64,000 bases of DNA from Octopus sinensis (GCF_006345805.1 NC_043000.1:59644001-59708000), one strand, 5' to 3'. Counted from the first letter of the stretch, positions 39,955 through 53,917 are shown. Numbers and translations: made by a program. Notes: generated by a model not told the origin, from the letters alone.

Positions 39955-40172
39955 TTCATTTCTTTATTGCCCACAAGGGGCTAAACACAGAGGGGACAAA
40001 CAAAGGGATTAAGTCGATTGCATCAACCCCAGAGCATAACTGGTACTTATTTTACCGACCCCAAAAAGATGAAAAGTAAAGTCGACCACAGCAAAATTTG
40101 AACTCAGAACGTAACAACAGACGAAATACCACCAAGCATTTCACCCAGCGTGCTAACGTTTCTGCCAGCTCA
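39955..40172 (-). mobile_element. SINE A, tail type A2
   Basis: Same head and central domain as A1; 3' end tgtcccctctgtgtttagcc...aataaagaaat. Confidence 0.85.
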
Positions 40173-40180
40173 TATACAAA

Positions 40181-40490
40181 GTATGGCTTAGTGGTTAGGG
40201 TATTTGGCTCACAGCCTAAGGTCATTAGTTTGATTCCCAGCGATGTGTTGTGTTCTTGAGCAAGACACTTTATTTCCTATTGCTCCAGTTCACTCTATTG
40301 GGAAAAATGAGTTGAACCTGTAATTCAAAGGGCTGGCCTTGTCATATTTGGTGTGCCATACTGAATCTCCTTGGGAACTATGCTAAGGGTGTGTCTTCAT
40401 GTAGAGTGCTCAGCTTCTTGCCCTTTAATTTCACAAGCAGTTGATCAAATCAATTGGAACCTTCACTACTATAACCGACAGAGTGCTAGT
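40181..40490 (+). mobile_element. Decayed tRNA/CORE SINE related to 26296
   Basis: Shares cctgtaattcaaagggctggccttgtca...accgacagagtgct with 26500-26675. Confidence 0.75.
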
Positions 40491-42915
40491 CCAGTCTAGC
40501 AAGAATAAAGAGACAAAGATAAATAAAAACTTTATCCAGGTGTGATATCTATCACACCAAAGTGTGAATTGTTGCTCCTCCACTTGTTTTCAAATCTAAG
40601 TTTATATACAGAATAAATTATTTCTCTTCTCCTAACATCCTCACTGTACAACTATCCCAGTCTAATTTTCAGTCTAATGTCTATATATAAATCAAATTAC
40701 TTCTCATAACATCCACCCAGCTCTACTGTTTTAGAGTATACATATTAATTTCTTTGATATGTGTAGGCGGATTTGTGTTTGTAAAAGTGTGCATGTATAT
40801 TCATTTATATGTGTACATGTATATACATGTGTGTTTGTATGTGTATATGTTAATACATGTGTGTTTATATGTGTATATGTGTGTGTGTGTGTGTGGAGAG
40901 GTGAGTGTGTGCTTCTGTGTTTATATGTTAGTAACCATGCGATTAGATTGCTGTACTGTGGTTATTCAAGTGCACATTGGGCACAAGTTATGCTTTAATA
41001 TGTAAAAGCCATAATCACGCAATGAAAGATCTTGACACTCAAAAATACAAAAACATTCTCAAAAGAACCAATGTAAAGAAATTTTCGAAATAATATTTTT
41101 TGTATTCTTTTATTTATTTCAGCTGAGACCATTCTGGGCAACATTTTTAATGTATAGTCAACTCCAATACTTATTTTATCAATTTCAGAAGAATCAAAGA
41201 CAAAGTAAATTTAAATGGAATTTTAACTTAGAATGTAGCAAAATATCACAACATATTTTATCAAATGTTCTACTGATTATTTATAACATCTTAAAAAAAG
41301 AAAACAATATAAATAATGGGAAAAGTTGCATATTGAAGAAGGATATATTATCAAAATGATTGAACATTATGTTTAGGTATTTTTCAGCACAAAAACCAAA
41401 ATCTAAAAAAACAAAAAGCATTAAAAAAAAAGCTACATTCTTTCCTCATCAATATCATCATCCAATTCATGCAAGCATAGACTGGATGATGATATTGATG
41501 ACTCATCTTATCTGTGATGGCAAAATTGGATGAACCTGCAACATATGTTCTTCCATTTGTCATAATTTATAATTTTGAACAATCCCAAAGGCGCTCTTGA
41601 GAATGATCTAACTACGTTATTCCAATATTTTCTATGTCAGTTTCTATCATAATTATCTTCCAGAACCTAGTTATATCAAGAATCCATTGACACTTTCTGT
41701 GAAGTCCTTAACTAAATAATTCATATTTTACTCATATAATTAACAATTATTGGGAAAAGTGAATGTAAATTTGATATTTATTATTAATATCAAACTTTGG
41801 TATGGTTTAAGGATAGTATCAAAACCTTTCTGAATGAATATCTCTTACCATGTTAAGTTAGCACAATAAAAGCAAAAATACTTAATTGTCAACTGTTAAA
41901 AAGCCACTACAGCATTTGCAACAGAAAAAAAAAAACACTAGCACATCTATTGCCATTTTCATCCAATGTCAGGCCAGAATGGCAGCAATAAGATAAAAGC
42001 ATTCATAAACAAGGAAACTGGGAATTGACAGCTGGGAACACATATTCTCAAAAGAGAGCTTTATCACTACAATCTATAACTGATTGGATAGAAGTTTACT
42101 AACACATCTTATTTGTGGGCTGAAAGAACTAAAATGCTATAGCCAAATAAACAGCTACAAGTAACTTTATATATACATAGTCAAGTGTGCCTATATAATA
42201 CATATCTGTATGTGTGTGAATACATTCATGTGCATGTGTACACACACACATTCTTCACATTATGACTACTTTATGTACAGGATTTTACACATAGAGCAAT
42301 TGTAAAGTAAAACCACTAATTTCGAGGTATGGTCTGTAATTTAACTCTTATGAAAACTTGAATAAATTTAAAATAAGAATTTTAAAACTACACTTCCTTG
42401 TTCACTACTAATAAGCTTCTTCTCAGCATTTTAGCTAAGATCAAAGTTAACGATTTAAAAACTACAAACATGATACATATATACATACATGTGTGTGTGT
42501 GTGTGTGTGTTTTTGTGCATCACTCTAAACGCCTACAGAGAGTGAGGTGGAACTTTTCACTGTGAACATTTGTGTGTATTTGTGTATATTTACTTGAGTT
42601 ACAATGAATATCTATCTATAGTTTTATCTATCTGCCAATAAATACATAAATACACACACATACATACATACATATATATGTATTAAGCAACCTCTACCAC
42701 CACTGTTACCTATCATCAACATTAACACAACTAGCGTCAACACCAAAACCAGTATAACAACAACAACCGCCGCCGCCACTACCAGACCACCAATTCCTTA
42801 ATGAGCAACAGCAATTATAGTATGAGCAAGATGATCCATTCCGTCTAAAATAAAATGCAATCACATCAGGTAACATACTTTAGTACATTTTAAATCTTAA
42901 ATGAAATGTCTTTAA

Positions 42916-43337
42916 TCCTATAGCATTCAGATTAACCCATCATATATAATCTGTATTTATTCACATTGCTTTGAATTAACTATATATTTTCTTGGAACTT
43001 TGAGATATCAATGATGTGATTGTTTATGCTTTAAATGACATTGTCACATAGTTGTGAGAGGCCAGTTCAAACATAATAAAAATAGAACATTTTGGGCTGG
43101 ATGTGGCCAGTTTAACCATTTAGCATTTAAACTGACCATACCCGGCCAAAATTTTCTTCCTGTTTTATGTTCAAACTGGCCAGATTCAACACCTAACACC
43201 TACCCTATAAGGACATTGTAAAAAAATAAACAATCACTTTATCAAAATTTTGAAGCCACAAGACACTGCATGATTAATTCAAAACGATGTGAATAAGTAA
43301 GCATTGCATTTGACAGAATAATCTGAATGCTAAAGGG
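42916..43337. mobile_element. Two piggyBac-type MITE copies in inverted tandem, joined at TTAA 43112-43115
   Basis: 42916-43111 is the reverse complement of the family; 43116-43337 has the same orientation as 29009. Confidence 0.75.
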
Positions 43338-43565
43338 AGGAATGACTTGAGATCAATCAGTAACAGCATTTGCGATTAACAAGAACAACATGAATGCTGC
43401 ACCCACCCCACCCCAATACCCCCATTGTCACCAACACAAAAACCTGATACAATCAACACTACCACCATTACCAACCTACCAACTATTGAATAACCAATTG
43501 GCAACAAAAATAGTATCAGCATGATAGCAATGTCTGTAACTACATATGTTGTATATTAACACAAT

Positions 43566-43602
<37 letters not shown>

Positions 43603-43829
43603 AAGATTTTTTGGTTCAAAACAGAAGTGTAAGGGGCGCAATGCCTGTAAACTATGTAACACTTTAACTATCTGTAATCATACAATACTTCCTCTTGCTT
43701 CATTCTGTCACCTAGGAATAAGACAACAATCTTTTATTTTCACAAAAGGTTCTTTGCTGGTACTATTTTCTTAAATGCATATTTGTTGTGGATAATCTTC
43801 ACCACTGTTAGGTTCACCTACAATTTGAG

Positions 43830-44335
43830 ATGTCTGGAAAGAAACTATCAAGCGGAACTGGAGGTTGTAGTGCAAAAAGGAGATGTAAAAGGATTACACT
43901 GGATATTAAAACTTGATCTTTTAAAAAGGTTCCATGAAAAAAGAAAAAAATTAGTCAAATTGCAAAATCACTAAAGATTGCAATGTCTATAATATGAAAC
44001 ATACATGACAATAGGGAGAAAGTCAAGTGCACAAGAAGTTACTTTGTTAACTGCTTGAACTATTTTTCTCATTGATCTAACATGGTACTTAAAATGGAAC
44101 AAACAGCTCTTGGGTTGAAGATAAGACTTACCACATAGTGCAGATAAGCATAGTGGTAATTAACAAAAAACAAAAATTTGTATAGCAATTTTCAGAAATA
44201 GGAAAGTGAAACTTCTAATGTAAAGCCTTTTCTGGCTAGTAATGGCTGGTTTGAAAGATTTAGGAAGCATTTGAATTTGCACAACATAAAATTGATTAGT
44301 GAAGCTGCCAGTGCTGATACAAAGGCTGCTATTAA
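43830..44335 (+). mobile_element. Tigger/pogo transposase 5' remnant
   Basis: MSGKKL...KRITLDIK (psq-type HTH) and PFLASNGWFERFRKHLNLHNIKLISEAASADTKAA (end of the CENP-B-type HTH); frameshifted. Confidence 0.85.
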
Positions 44336-46065
44336 TTATCTTGACATGTACACATACACACATTTGTTTATGTGTTAGTAGTTTCTGCAGTTTAAATGAT
44401 TGCAGATTTTAAAAATAAAAAAAATAGTAAGACAATGATACCAGTTGGATGATGGGAAAACAAAGATTTAAGTTGTTTGGTTATTCATCAGATCAGTGAA
44501 ATGTATATGCCAAAAGAGGTAGATAGATATAAAAGTACCAAGATTTGATCCAATTACACACTTTACAGGAATTATACTCCCATGTTGAATATCTTCTGTT
44601 ATATCAGAGAGAATCTTCATGATCACATGACCTGCTAGAAACAGCAACTAAATTATCTTTAATTACACTCTGTTGTTTTAAAATAGAGGAAGATGACTGG
44701 AAAATGCAGTCCTAGATAAATAAAAGGGATGCATTGATTATGATTGGAACATCCTCGATTATAAGACAGCAAATTGAGGGTTGACCTGGGGTTAAATGAC
44801 AATAGCCACAATCCTCTTTATTGATAATAGGTTGTACTCCTGTGTTACTCCTATGTTCTTAAATGTCATTATGCAATGCATCCCATATATCCAAATGTCA
44901 TAAAACCTGAGAACACTAATCAAGCATTCGAATGAAATTTCCTCATTCAGGCTTCGAATTAACAAGATATGATGGAATCTCACTTGCCTAAGGTTATCTT
45001 TTGAATAAATACTTATTGTTTCTGTTTAAATGAATGATAAAACTTGTAGTATAAGTCAATGCATATGCAAATTTCTTTAAGTCTTCAATTACCAACAGCA
45101 AAGTGTAAAATACAAGAATGATTAAATGTAGTAATTGAATTTATGAAATAGTCCCCAGAGAAGAATGCAAGAACACTATGCTTGAGTAAATTTCTTCATC
45201 AGCATTAAAGACCAAATTTTCATGGATTTTTATTAATCAACAGCAAAGTATAAAATGGTAATTAAATAAATCTATTTCTGGTTGATTAAAGAAATTGTTT
45301 CTTTTTTTATTTTATCCGCATTTAAACTGATATCAAAACAACACAAAGAAACCCCATCAACAACAAACAAATCCCAACAGAACAATGAATAAAGTGAAAT
45401 TGGAAAGGGTGGAGAGATGGGAGTTCTGAAATAAGAGCATTCACTATTGATAACAAACCATCCATGGCAAACAATAAAATTAACTCAAGAGGTGAAGACT
45501 ATAGATAGAACCAATAGAATTATTTTTTTTTATAGAATTATTGAAATTTTTCTTTCACTTAGTTTTAATTTGGTGGGAGGGTTTATACCAAAGAGTTGCT
45601 TAGAAATCTGTCACTAAGTGAGATACCGAAAGGGAAATTAATTTAGAGACTTCATTCAATTTATTCTATTAGTATAATTGAAGATAGCAATAATCTTTAT
45701 TAAAGAGAATTTTGAACTACTTCTCAAAAATGTTCGTGAGTGTCAAATTGTTGTTCTTTACAACAGACTGGTAATTACAATTAATGTCTTACTAAAATTT
45801 CTAAAATTGATTCAGGTAAAGGATTTGCCATCATTGAAGTGAAAAGAAACTCCTAGTTTGAATAATCTAAAATTGTTTCAACTGTGACAGTGCCACAACA
45901 AATTTATTTGGTTTCACAATAAATAGTAATAAAGATATAGAATATCCATGCCAATGGGGGTCACTAGACCTGTCTAGAAATAGCAGCTAGATTCATTCAT
46001 ATCACAAATAACTTTTGATGTATCCATATCGCTTTAATATATTTCATAGAAAATGGCAGTGAGCT

Positions 46066-46268
46066 GGCAGAATTGTTAGCATGCTGGGCAAAATGCTTAG
46101 CAGCATTTTGTCCATCTTTATGTTCCGAGTTAAAATTTGCTGGAGTCAACTTTGCCTTTCATCCTTTCGGGGTTGATGAAATAAGTACCAGTTGAGAACT
46201 GGGGTCAATCTAATCAACTTACTTCCTCCCCCGAGCTTGCTGGCCTTGTGCCAAAATTGGAAACCAAT
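46066..46268 (+). mobile_element. SINE A (A1)
   Basis: Full head, central domain and tail. Confidence 0.85.
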
Positions 46269-46474
46269 ATATTTTACAGAAATGTCATTATCAAAAGATG
46301 AGAGGATACTCATTGTTGTAAACATGACACAACATAGCAGTTAACTTGGCTGTAATTGTTAAATTTAACTGTCTAGGGTGGTCAGAGTAGCTGGCAGTAA
46401 ATCATGCTCTACCAACTTTAAAAAGGTTACATTAGACAATATAATCCTCAATATACTGCGTCTGAAAAAATATA

Positions 46475-47042
46475 TTGGGTTGTCCAGAAAGTTTGTGCTG
46501 ATTTATAGTAGCTTACCTTTCAACTTATTTTAGAACATGGTTGAGTCCATAGAATAGGATTTGACTACACCTTCATTTAGAGCACAGTTTAAGCTATCTT
46601 TTCGTGGAAGAAGGTTTATGTACCTATAAACTGTGTTAATTCTGTAACCCTTTAAAATGGAAGATAAGAAAGTTCATTTTTGGCACTTGATGCTTTGGGA
46701 ACCAGACAAAAATTGTTGCAGCTCGGCTGGGATGTGTTACCCCAACCTCCATATTCACTAGAGATATTGCTCCTTCAGATTTCCACTTATTCAGGTCTCT
46801 GTAGAATAGTCTTAATAGTAAAAATTTCAATTCCTTGGATGACGTAAAAAGATACCTTGATGAATTCTTTGTCATGAATCCACCTCAAATCTGGGAAGAG
46901 GGTATTTTCAAATTAAAGGAAAGATGGAGACGCATTGTGCAACAAAATGGTTCATATTTGGTTGATTAAAAATGTAATGGCCAGTATTTATTGATCTTTT
47001 ACTTTCCTTTAAAAATCAGCATGAACTTTCAGGACAACCCAA
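46475..47042 (+). mobile_element. Second mariner family, internally deleted (568 bp)
   Basis: TIRs ttgggttgtccagaaagtttgtgctgattt / aaatcagcatgaactttcaggacaacccaa with TA TSDs; MEDKKVHFWHLMLWE fused to RQKLLQLGWDVLPQPPYS..DIAPSDFHLF...NGSYLVD*. Confidence 0.92.
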
Positions 47043-47071
47043 TAGAATGGTCATGGCTGAAATGCTTTTAA

Positions 47072-47280
47072 TTGTAGGTGCATGGCTGAGTGGTAAGAAG
47101 CTTGCTTCCTAACTACATGGTTCTGGGTTCAGGTTCACTACTTGGCACCTTGGGCAAGTGTCTTCTACTATAGCCTCAGACCAGCCAAAGTCTAGTGAGT
47201 GGATTTGAAGCCTGTTATATATATAGTCCAACCCATGCCAAGCAAGGAAGAAGTAAACATGATGATGATGATGATGATAA
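47072..47280 (+). mobile_element. SINE B head followed by a short RTE tail
   Basis: Head ~47072-47215; ccaacccatgcc...(gat)n ~47226-47280. Confidence 0.7.
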
Positions 47281-48892
47281 TTAATATACTGGAGCAAATA
47301 ATCAGAAAGTAAACTATATAAAGGCTGTTGGGACTGTATGTGATCAGCAAGAATGTCTTAATCATGTAACATGTCTCCCTCTTCAATCACTAATTCTCTA
47401 CAACACTACTTCATACATCATCAACAATAACAACAAAAACAAGCCAATGCAGTAGCATCTGAGTGATCATCTGATCAGCTGGAAATAGCAGCTAGAACCC
47501 TTGCATAATATTCTAACATCTTACAAGAAAGCACACATGGATTTGATGTAGCCAGTGTAAATACAACAGCTGGCGTGAGGTGCTGCTCATAGCCAACATG
47601 CTTTTTTATGATATATCTGTTTGAATACTGCTACTTTGGGACATCTACTTTGACATAATCTACAGACAGCAAATATTGCACTTTAGTCAAATGAGTAAGA
47701 CAACTGACTTCAGAAGAGAGGGTATGAAAGCAGTTTAGTTCAAATTCATGGCAGGGATCAAATTTCACAAGTGTTGAACTGAAATAAGTAAATATAATTA
47801 ACACTTAGTAACCTCAACACTGGGAGTATTCTCCTACCATTTTTACGTGTTTTCTTTTCTTTTCTTTTTTTCTATTGTTTGTATACAAGTAGAAGGTAGT
47901 CTGCACTTGACAGAATGTATTTCTTTTCTCTATTCCTAATAAATTGATATAATGAGAGAAGTAGTGTATTGCACTGAATTAGTGTACTGCATTGTATTTG
48001 TAATTAAAAAAAAATCTCTAAATCAAATTGTTATTATCAAGGTAAAAAAAAAAAAGACATAACTGATAGAAAATAACTGGAAAATACATATCCAGTACCC
48101 TTTCATAAATACGTTTTGATGCTTGAAATTGACATTTTACATATGAACTGCCAACCATACTAGAAAGCTTTTCCAACTGTTACAGATATATATATATAAA
48201 ATACCAGTGTCCTGTTTCCTTAACATGTGTGTGTGTGTGCGCGCACACACACACACACACACATATATATATGCATAAACATATGGATCCATACACACAT
48301 ATATGCACACATCTTCTCTCCTTCACCCATGTCAGATATATTATGCATTAATAGTATAATGAACAAAACAGTTTCTAAGACCTCTTGAAATGTGCTTATG
48401 TTTGCAAGCAAATATACTTTTTAAGATACCTATGGTATAAGGTTTCTGTGTGATTTTTGATGGTCTTAGAATGGTGAAGAGAGATAGAAGAGAGTCTGAA
48501 TGGATATTTTATCCATTTTGTTTTGTACAAGACTTAATTTTATTTGTTAGCTTTCCAGGTTGTCTTTATTATGATAAAATAAATACCAATAAGATCTTGA
48601 AGTATATTCAGTGAAGTGAAATGAGCCATCAAGTACTGCAATATGGTTGCTAGAAATAGTAGCCAAAATCTCAAATCTCATTCATATCACACCCTGTAAT
48701 CTTATAAAAGAAAAAGACACATTGCAAAATGTAAACCTCAACACTTTATACTTGATTCAAAACAAAAAAGAATAGGTGGTAGCAACAGGAGCATTTCTGA
48801 TAATAGATCTGTTTCATCAAGACAGATAATCACCTTAAACTATTTCTTTATACAAGATAAGTACTTTACATAGGCAACATAAGTATATAAGG

Positions 48893-49080
48893 TAGCAAGA
48901 TGGCAGAATTATTAGCATGTCAGATGAAATGTTGCTAAGCATTTCATCTGTCTTTACATTCTAAGTTCAAAGTCTGTTGAGGTCTACTTTGCCTTTCATC
49001 CTTTCAGTACTGGGATCAATGTAATTGACTTACCCCTCCCTTGAAATTGCTGGCCTTGTACCAAAATGTGAAACCAATAT
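48893..49080 (+). mobile_element. SINE A (A1), part of the central domain deleted
   Basis: Matches 46066. Confidence 0.75.
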
Positions 49081-49218
49081 GAATAACTATTAGTGAATGG
49101 TATTTATAGAATATCCAATGATGTATAATGCTGCTCTTTGTTTTCTTTCTTTATTAATATCTACAATACATTTGATGAATTGTGATACCCAAAGTACCAT
49201 TAAACCTGAAAAGTTTCT

Positions 49219-49450
49219 TATTTCTTTATCGTCCTCAAGAGGCTACACACAGAGGGGACAAACAAGGACAGACAAACAGATTAAGTCGATTATATCAACC
49301 CCAGTGCGTAACTGGTACTTATTTAATCGATCCCGAAAGGATGAAAGGCAAAGTCGACCTCGGCGGAATTTGAACTCAGAACGTAGCGGCAGATGAAATA
49401 CCGCTAAGCAATTTACCCGGTGTGCTAATGTTTCTGCTAGCTCGCTGCCA
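49219..49450 (-). mobile_element. Young SINE A2 with an 18-bp TSD
   Basis: taaacctgaaaagtttct at 49201-49218 and 49451-49468. Confidence 0.92.
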
Positions 49451-50518
49451 TAAACCTGAAAAGTTTCTCTCAAGCTTTCTACATTTATTGTTCCAATGCA
49501 TTTTTAAATGACGGGGACATATTTTACATTTATCTGCCTCTTGTTATAACCAGACAGAAAAGTTTTAAAAGGTTAACAAATACATGAACGTCTTAGATTG
49601 GTTTTACTAGCATCACAATGTAATCAAGAAGAAATTAACAATTCTAATCAGGAAATAGTTAACATATTTACGCCAATCCACTTCTTTAACAAATTATAAA
49701 ATATACCTGATTGTCCTAATTCTGAAAACCTTTGATGTTCAACTCAACCTAAAGTTTTCAGTAGTGTTTCATGTGTGCAGTAGTATATTGAGTACTATAG
49801 GTTTGGTAAATGTGAATGCTATATTTAAGTGTAAACTATATTTCAAAATCTATAGGATACAAGGTGTGGAAAAGAGAGAAAACACTTAAAATATAAATGC
49901 TTCTGATAAATCCAGTGATAATTGTGTTCCACCCCATTAGTTAAAACTAAAACAATAATTAAAATTACATTGGACAAGATTGAAACTGTAATCACAGTAT
50001 GACAACTGTTTACTTACCTAATCTATATTTTCTGACATATACTTTCAATCAAACTTTTACAAATCAATCCTAGATTGATCTGCATATTCATATGGCAACA
50101 AAGTATGTTGCAGTTATGCAGGTCAGGGGAAAAGAATTAAAAAGCATTACACACTTTTAACTCACTTTCATGTGTCCTTTTATAGCCATACTTTCATGTA
50201 TTTATTTTATATTATTTTATATTTCATATTTTATTCAGCCATTATCAGGTTTCCCACCTAAATTTTTCCTATAAGCTCCTTTGTACTATATAGTACATCC
50301 ATAACAAAGATCAATCTTGATAAAATTTCTTTCATACCTTAAGAAATATTAACATAAACTTTTCTTGGATTAATAAATCCTACATCCCAAAATACTTTAT
50401 GAGGAGGCTCAAAGGGAATCACTAGTAACTTTTATTTGAAAATAAAATGAGCCAAGAAGAATAATTCATATTGATCAATGGCAGAGGTTTGGATAACAAA
50501 AGGATGATAAACCGAATA

Positions 50519-50856
50519 CTATCATCAACATCATCATCATCATCATCAGTGTTTAATGTCCGTTTTCCATGCTAGCATGGGTTGGACGGTTCGACTGGGG
50601 TCTGGGAAGCCAGGAGGCTGCACCAGGCTCCAGTCTGATCTGGCAGTGTTTCTACAGCTGGATGCCCTTCCTAAAGCCAATCACTCCGTGAGTGTAGTGG
50701 GTGCTTTTTATATGCCACTGGCTCAGGTGCCAGGGGAGGCTGGCAGTGGTCACAATCGGCTGGTGCTTTTTATGTGCCACTGGCACGGAAGCCAGTCAAG
50801 GCGGCGCTGGCATTGGCCACGTTTGGATGATGCTTTTTACGTGCCACCGGCACAGG
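50519..50856 (-). mobile_element. RTE 3' UTR
   Basis: Highly similar to the reverse complement of 55300-55630. Confidence 0.88.
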
Positions 50857-51261
50857 TATCTATATACAGAAATTCTTAATTATTTCCATTAGCTCATTCT
50901 TTAGTGAAACATTTGCTTCTACTTTTGCTATCTGGTTAGAAAAAAGGCTATTAAGAAACTACTGTGAGGAAAATACCATGTTCAATGATTTACATATAAA
51001 TTAGAATTTCTAAACATTTAAAAAGATTCATGGATATTTGTAAGAACTAGAAAATGATTAGACAAACTCAATTATCTGATTGATTCCCCAAATAGTATGG
51101 TGACAATGCAGGAAACATCTGACAATACACTAAAGTTAAATGGATATCATTGTTTTCTGAAGCAAACAGAACAATCAACAAATGTGTTCCTTGCCACATT
51201 CAGATTAAAAGAAACATCAGATTAAAATCAAATATTAATTTCTAACAAAGGCACAACAAGG

Positions 51262-52590
51262 GTATACACTTGAGGTTATGGTATAATTAACTATATTGAC
51301 TCAGCACATGACTGATACTTATTTTTTTAACCCCTGAAGAAAGCAAAGTTAACCTTGGCTGAAAAGTAGAGCGTAAAGTAGAGACATTTTATTAAATACT
51401 CTACAAAATCTATCAATCCTTTTATTCTTTTCTAAAGTTTAATAGTGAAGAAGAATTTACAAATCACTTCTTTCTCAAAGCTGTATTCATAAGACAGATT
51501 TGTAGTGACATTAAATAAATGATTGATAATCTTAATCATATGATACTGTTTTTTACTGATGATATTTTCTAAACTATTACTGTTATTGGGAACTTGAAAT
51601 GACAGGCTGAAATGTTCATTATCACCACTCAGGGACAAATAATTAGAACAAATCTAATAAAGGTAAAGATTGACAAAACTCAGACAGCAAATGTAGAATC
51701 TGCAGGATAGGAGACAAAAGTATTAATCATCTTTTGAGTGAGTGCAGTACACTGGCACAAGCATGACTATGTAGGCAAAAGAGTGCACTGGGGTGTTAGC
51801 CAAGTACATGGCTTCAAAATAATAGAAAAGTGGTATGAAATGTGCCAAAGGCTGTGATAGAAAATGAGAATTACAGGATCTTGTGGGTATCCCTCATAAA
51901 GACTGACCATATTATTGAAGCAAGAAAACCAGATATGATTACAAAGGACAAAATAAACAAACAGTGTAAGGTCATAGATTTTGCAATTTCCTATCATATT
52001 TGAGTTAATACTAAAGAAATTGAAAAAAAATTGAGAAATCTCCAGAATCTAGCCAGAGAGCTGAGGAGACTATGGAAGACTAAGACAACAATTATCCCTG
52101 TAGTAATTGTTGCACTTAGCACACCACCCAAAACGTTACCTAAAAGAGTGAAAGAGATTCAAAGTAAAACTTGTATTGTCAGCCTGCAAGAATCCTAGAA
52201 AAGATTCTTCAGATTTGAAAAGGCCTGTTGCAAGATAAAATCCTTACTAATTAAATTAGCATGTACTATTCAAGGCTATGGTATAGCTGCTTCTATTGAC
52301 CCAATACATGATAACTACTATACATGACAAAACCCCTTTCAGGGTTTTATCAACCCCTGAAGATTGAAAAAAGCAAAGGTTGAAAAGCATTTTATTAGAC
52401 ACTCAACAAAATCTAACCTATCTATCCTCCCTTTTACCCTTTCCTAAATTTTAATGAATAGTGAAAAAGAATTTACAAACCACTTCTTTCTCAAAGCTAT
52501 CCATAAGACAGATTCGTAGTGACATTAAACAAATGATTGATAACCTTAATTATATGATATTGCCTTTTACTAATGATATTTTCTAAACTA
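51262..52590. repeat. Diverged ~320-bp direct repeat pair (~51262-51580 and ~52262-52590)
   Basis: Shared gaatttacaaa(t/c)cacttctttctcaaagct...gacattaaa...gatattttctaaactatta. Confidence 0.85.
51588..52230 (+). mobile_element. R4/Dong-type (RLE) non-LTR retrotransposon 3' fragment
   Basis: QGQIIRTNLIKVKID, zinc knuckle CRICRIGDKSINHLLSEC, HDYVGKRVHW, ARKPDM...KVIDFA, ARELRRLWK..IIPVVI; frameshifted. Confidence 0.8.
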
Positions 52591-53346
52591 TTATTATTAT
52601 TATTATTATTATAATTATTATTATCATTATTATTACTACTACTACTACTACTACTACTACTATCACATGAATGCTATAATTGTAAGAATAGCTTTCTTCA
52701 TTGAGACAAAAGATAATAATAAAAAACTCAAAAAAACAACAAAAAAACAAAGAAGTATTATGGAAACAATGAAGTTTAGTGAAATACTGACTTGTACAGC
52801 CAACTACATTATATAGTATTTTAGTTCATCTGAAATTACACCTAGTGATGATGACACCTTAAGCAATTTGGAAGGTAGCAATTTAATATAAATGCTGTCA
52901 GAGACTATCATGAGCCAGAATCATTACACTGCATCAATGCACACAGAAGATAAAATGCAGAAGGTAGAAGAGCTGTTACAATTCTAATATTTAAAAAGCT
53001 CAAATCCGGATAATGTTTTGAATGACTTTCAAGATATAAAGATACATATCCCAAATAGAACTGAATGATAAGTGTACCAATTATTTCTAAAGATAACTAA
53101 GATAAATTATATTCAGAGTCTGATTCAAGGTAAAAAATTATTATATTACTATCAGCTTCTTGACTGCAACAATGTAATCTTAGAGATGTGAATGAATTTA
53201 ATTCTGCTCATCGTTTTTCAAACTGGTTTTTATAACGAGGGTTTTCTTTCAAAAAGCAACTCTGATTTATTTTTGTAGTAAAAGAAGTAAAATATAAAGA
53301 AAAGAAAAGTACTATAGATTCATTGAAGTATGGTAAAACAGAGTGC

Positions 53347-53377
<31 letters not shown>

Positions 53378-53484
53378 CTTCCACACATGAATGCATACAT
53401 GCATGTATGTAACTATATAAATAAATCTTGATAATTTCACTTGAGTATCTGATTGAATAGTAACAATCTTCAGTGGATATGAAG

Positions 53485-53518
<34 letters not shown>

Positions 53519-53660
53519 GAGAGAGAGAGAGAATATATGTGTGTGTATATGAATACAAGTGTATGTATATGTATATATATATATATTCACACACATACAT
53601 ATAAAATGTACATATATATGTGTGCATCAATATATGTATGTGTGTGTGTGTATATATACA

Positions 53661-53917
53661 TATCATCATCATCATCATTTAGCGTCTGCTTTCCATGTTA
53701 GCATGGGTTGGACGGTTCAACTGGGGTCTGGGAAGCCAGAAGACTGCACCAGGCCCAGTCTGATCTGGCAATGTTTCTATGGCTGGATGCCCTTCCTAAT
53801 GCCAACCACTCCGTGAGTGTAGTGGATGCTTTTTACGTGCCAGATGGGGCTGGCAAACGTCCACAGGCGGATGGTGCTTTTTACGTGCCACCATTCGTCC
53901 GTGGCCGTTTGCCAGCC

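Noticed and set aside
49995-50090. gtaagt donor on the minus strand as a hidden exon in intron 1
   Set aside because: Upstream frames from the nearest AG all contain stops.
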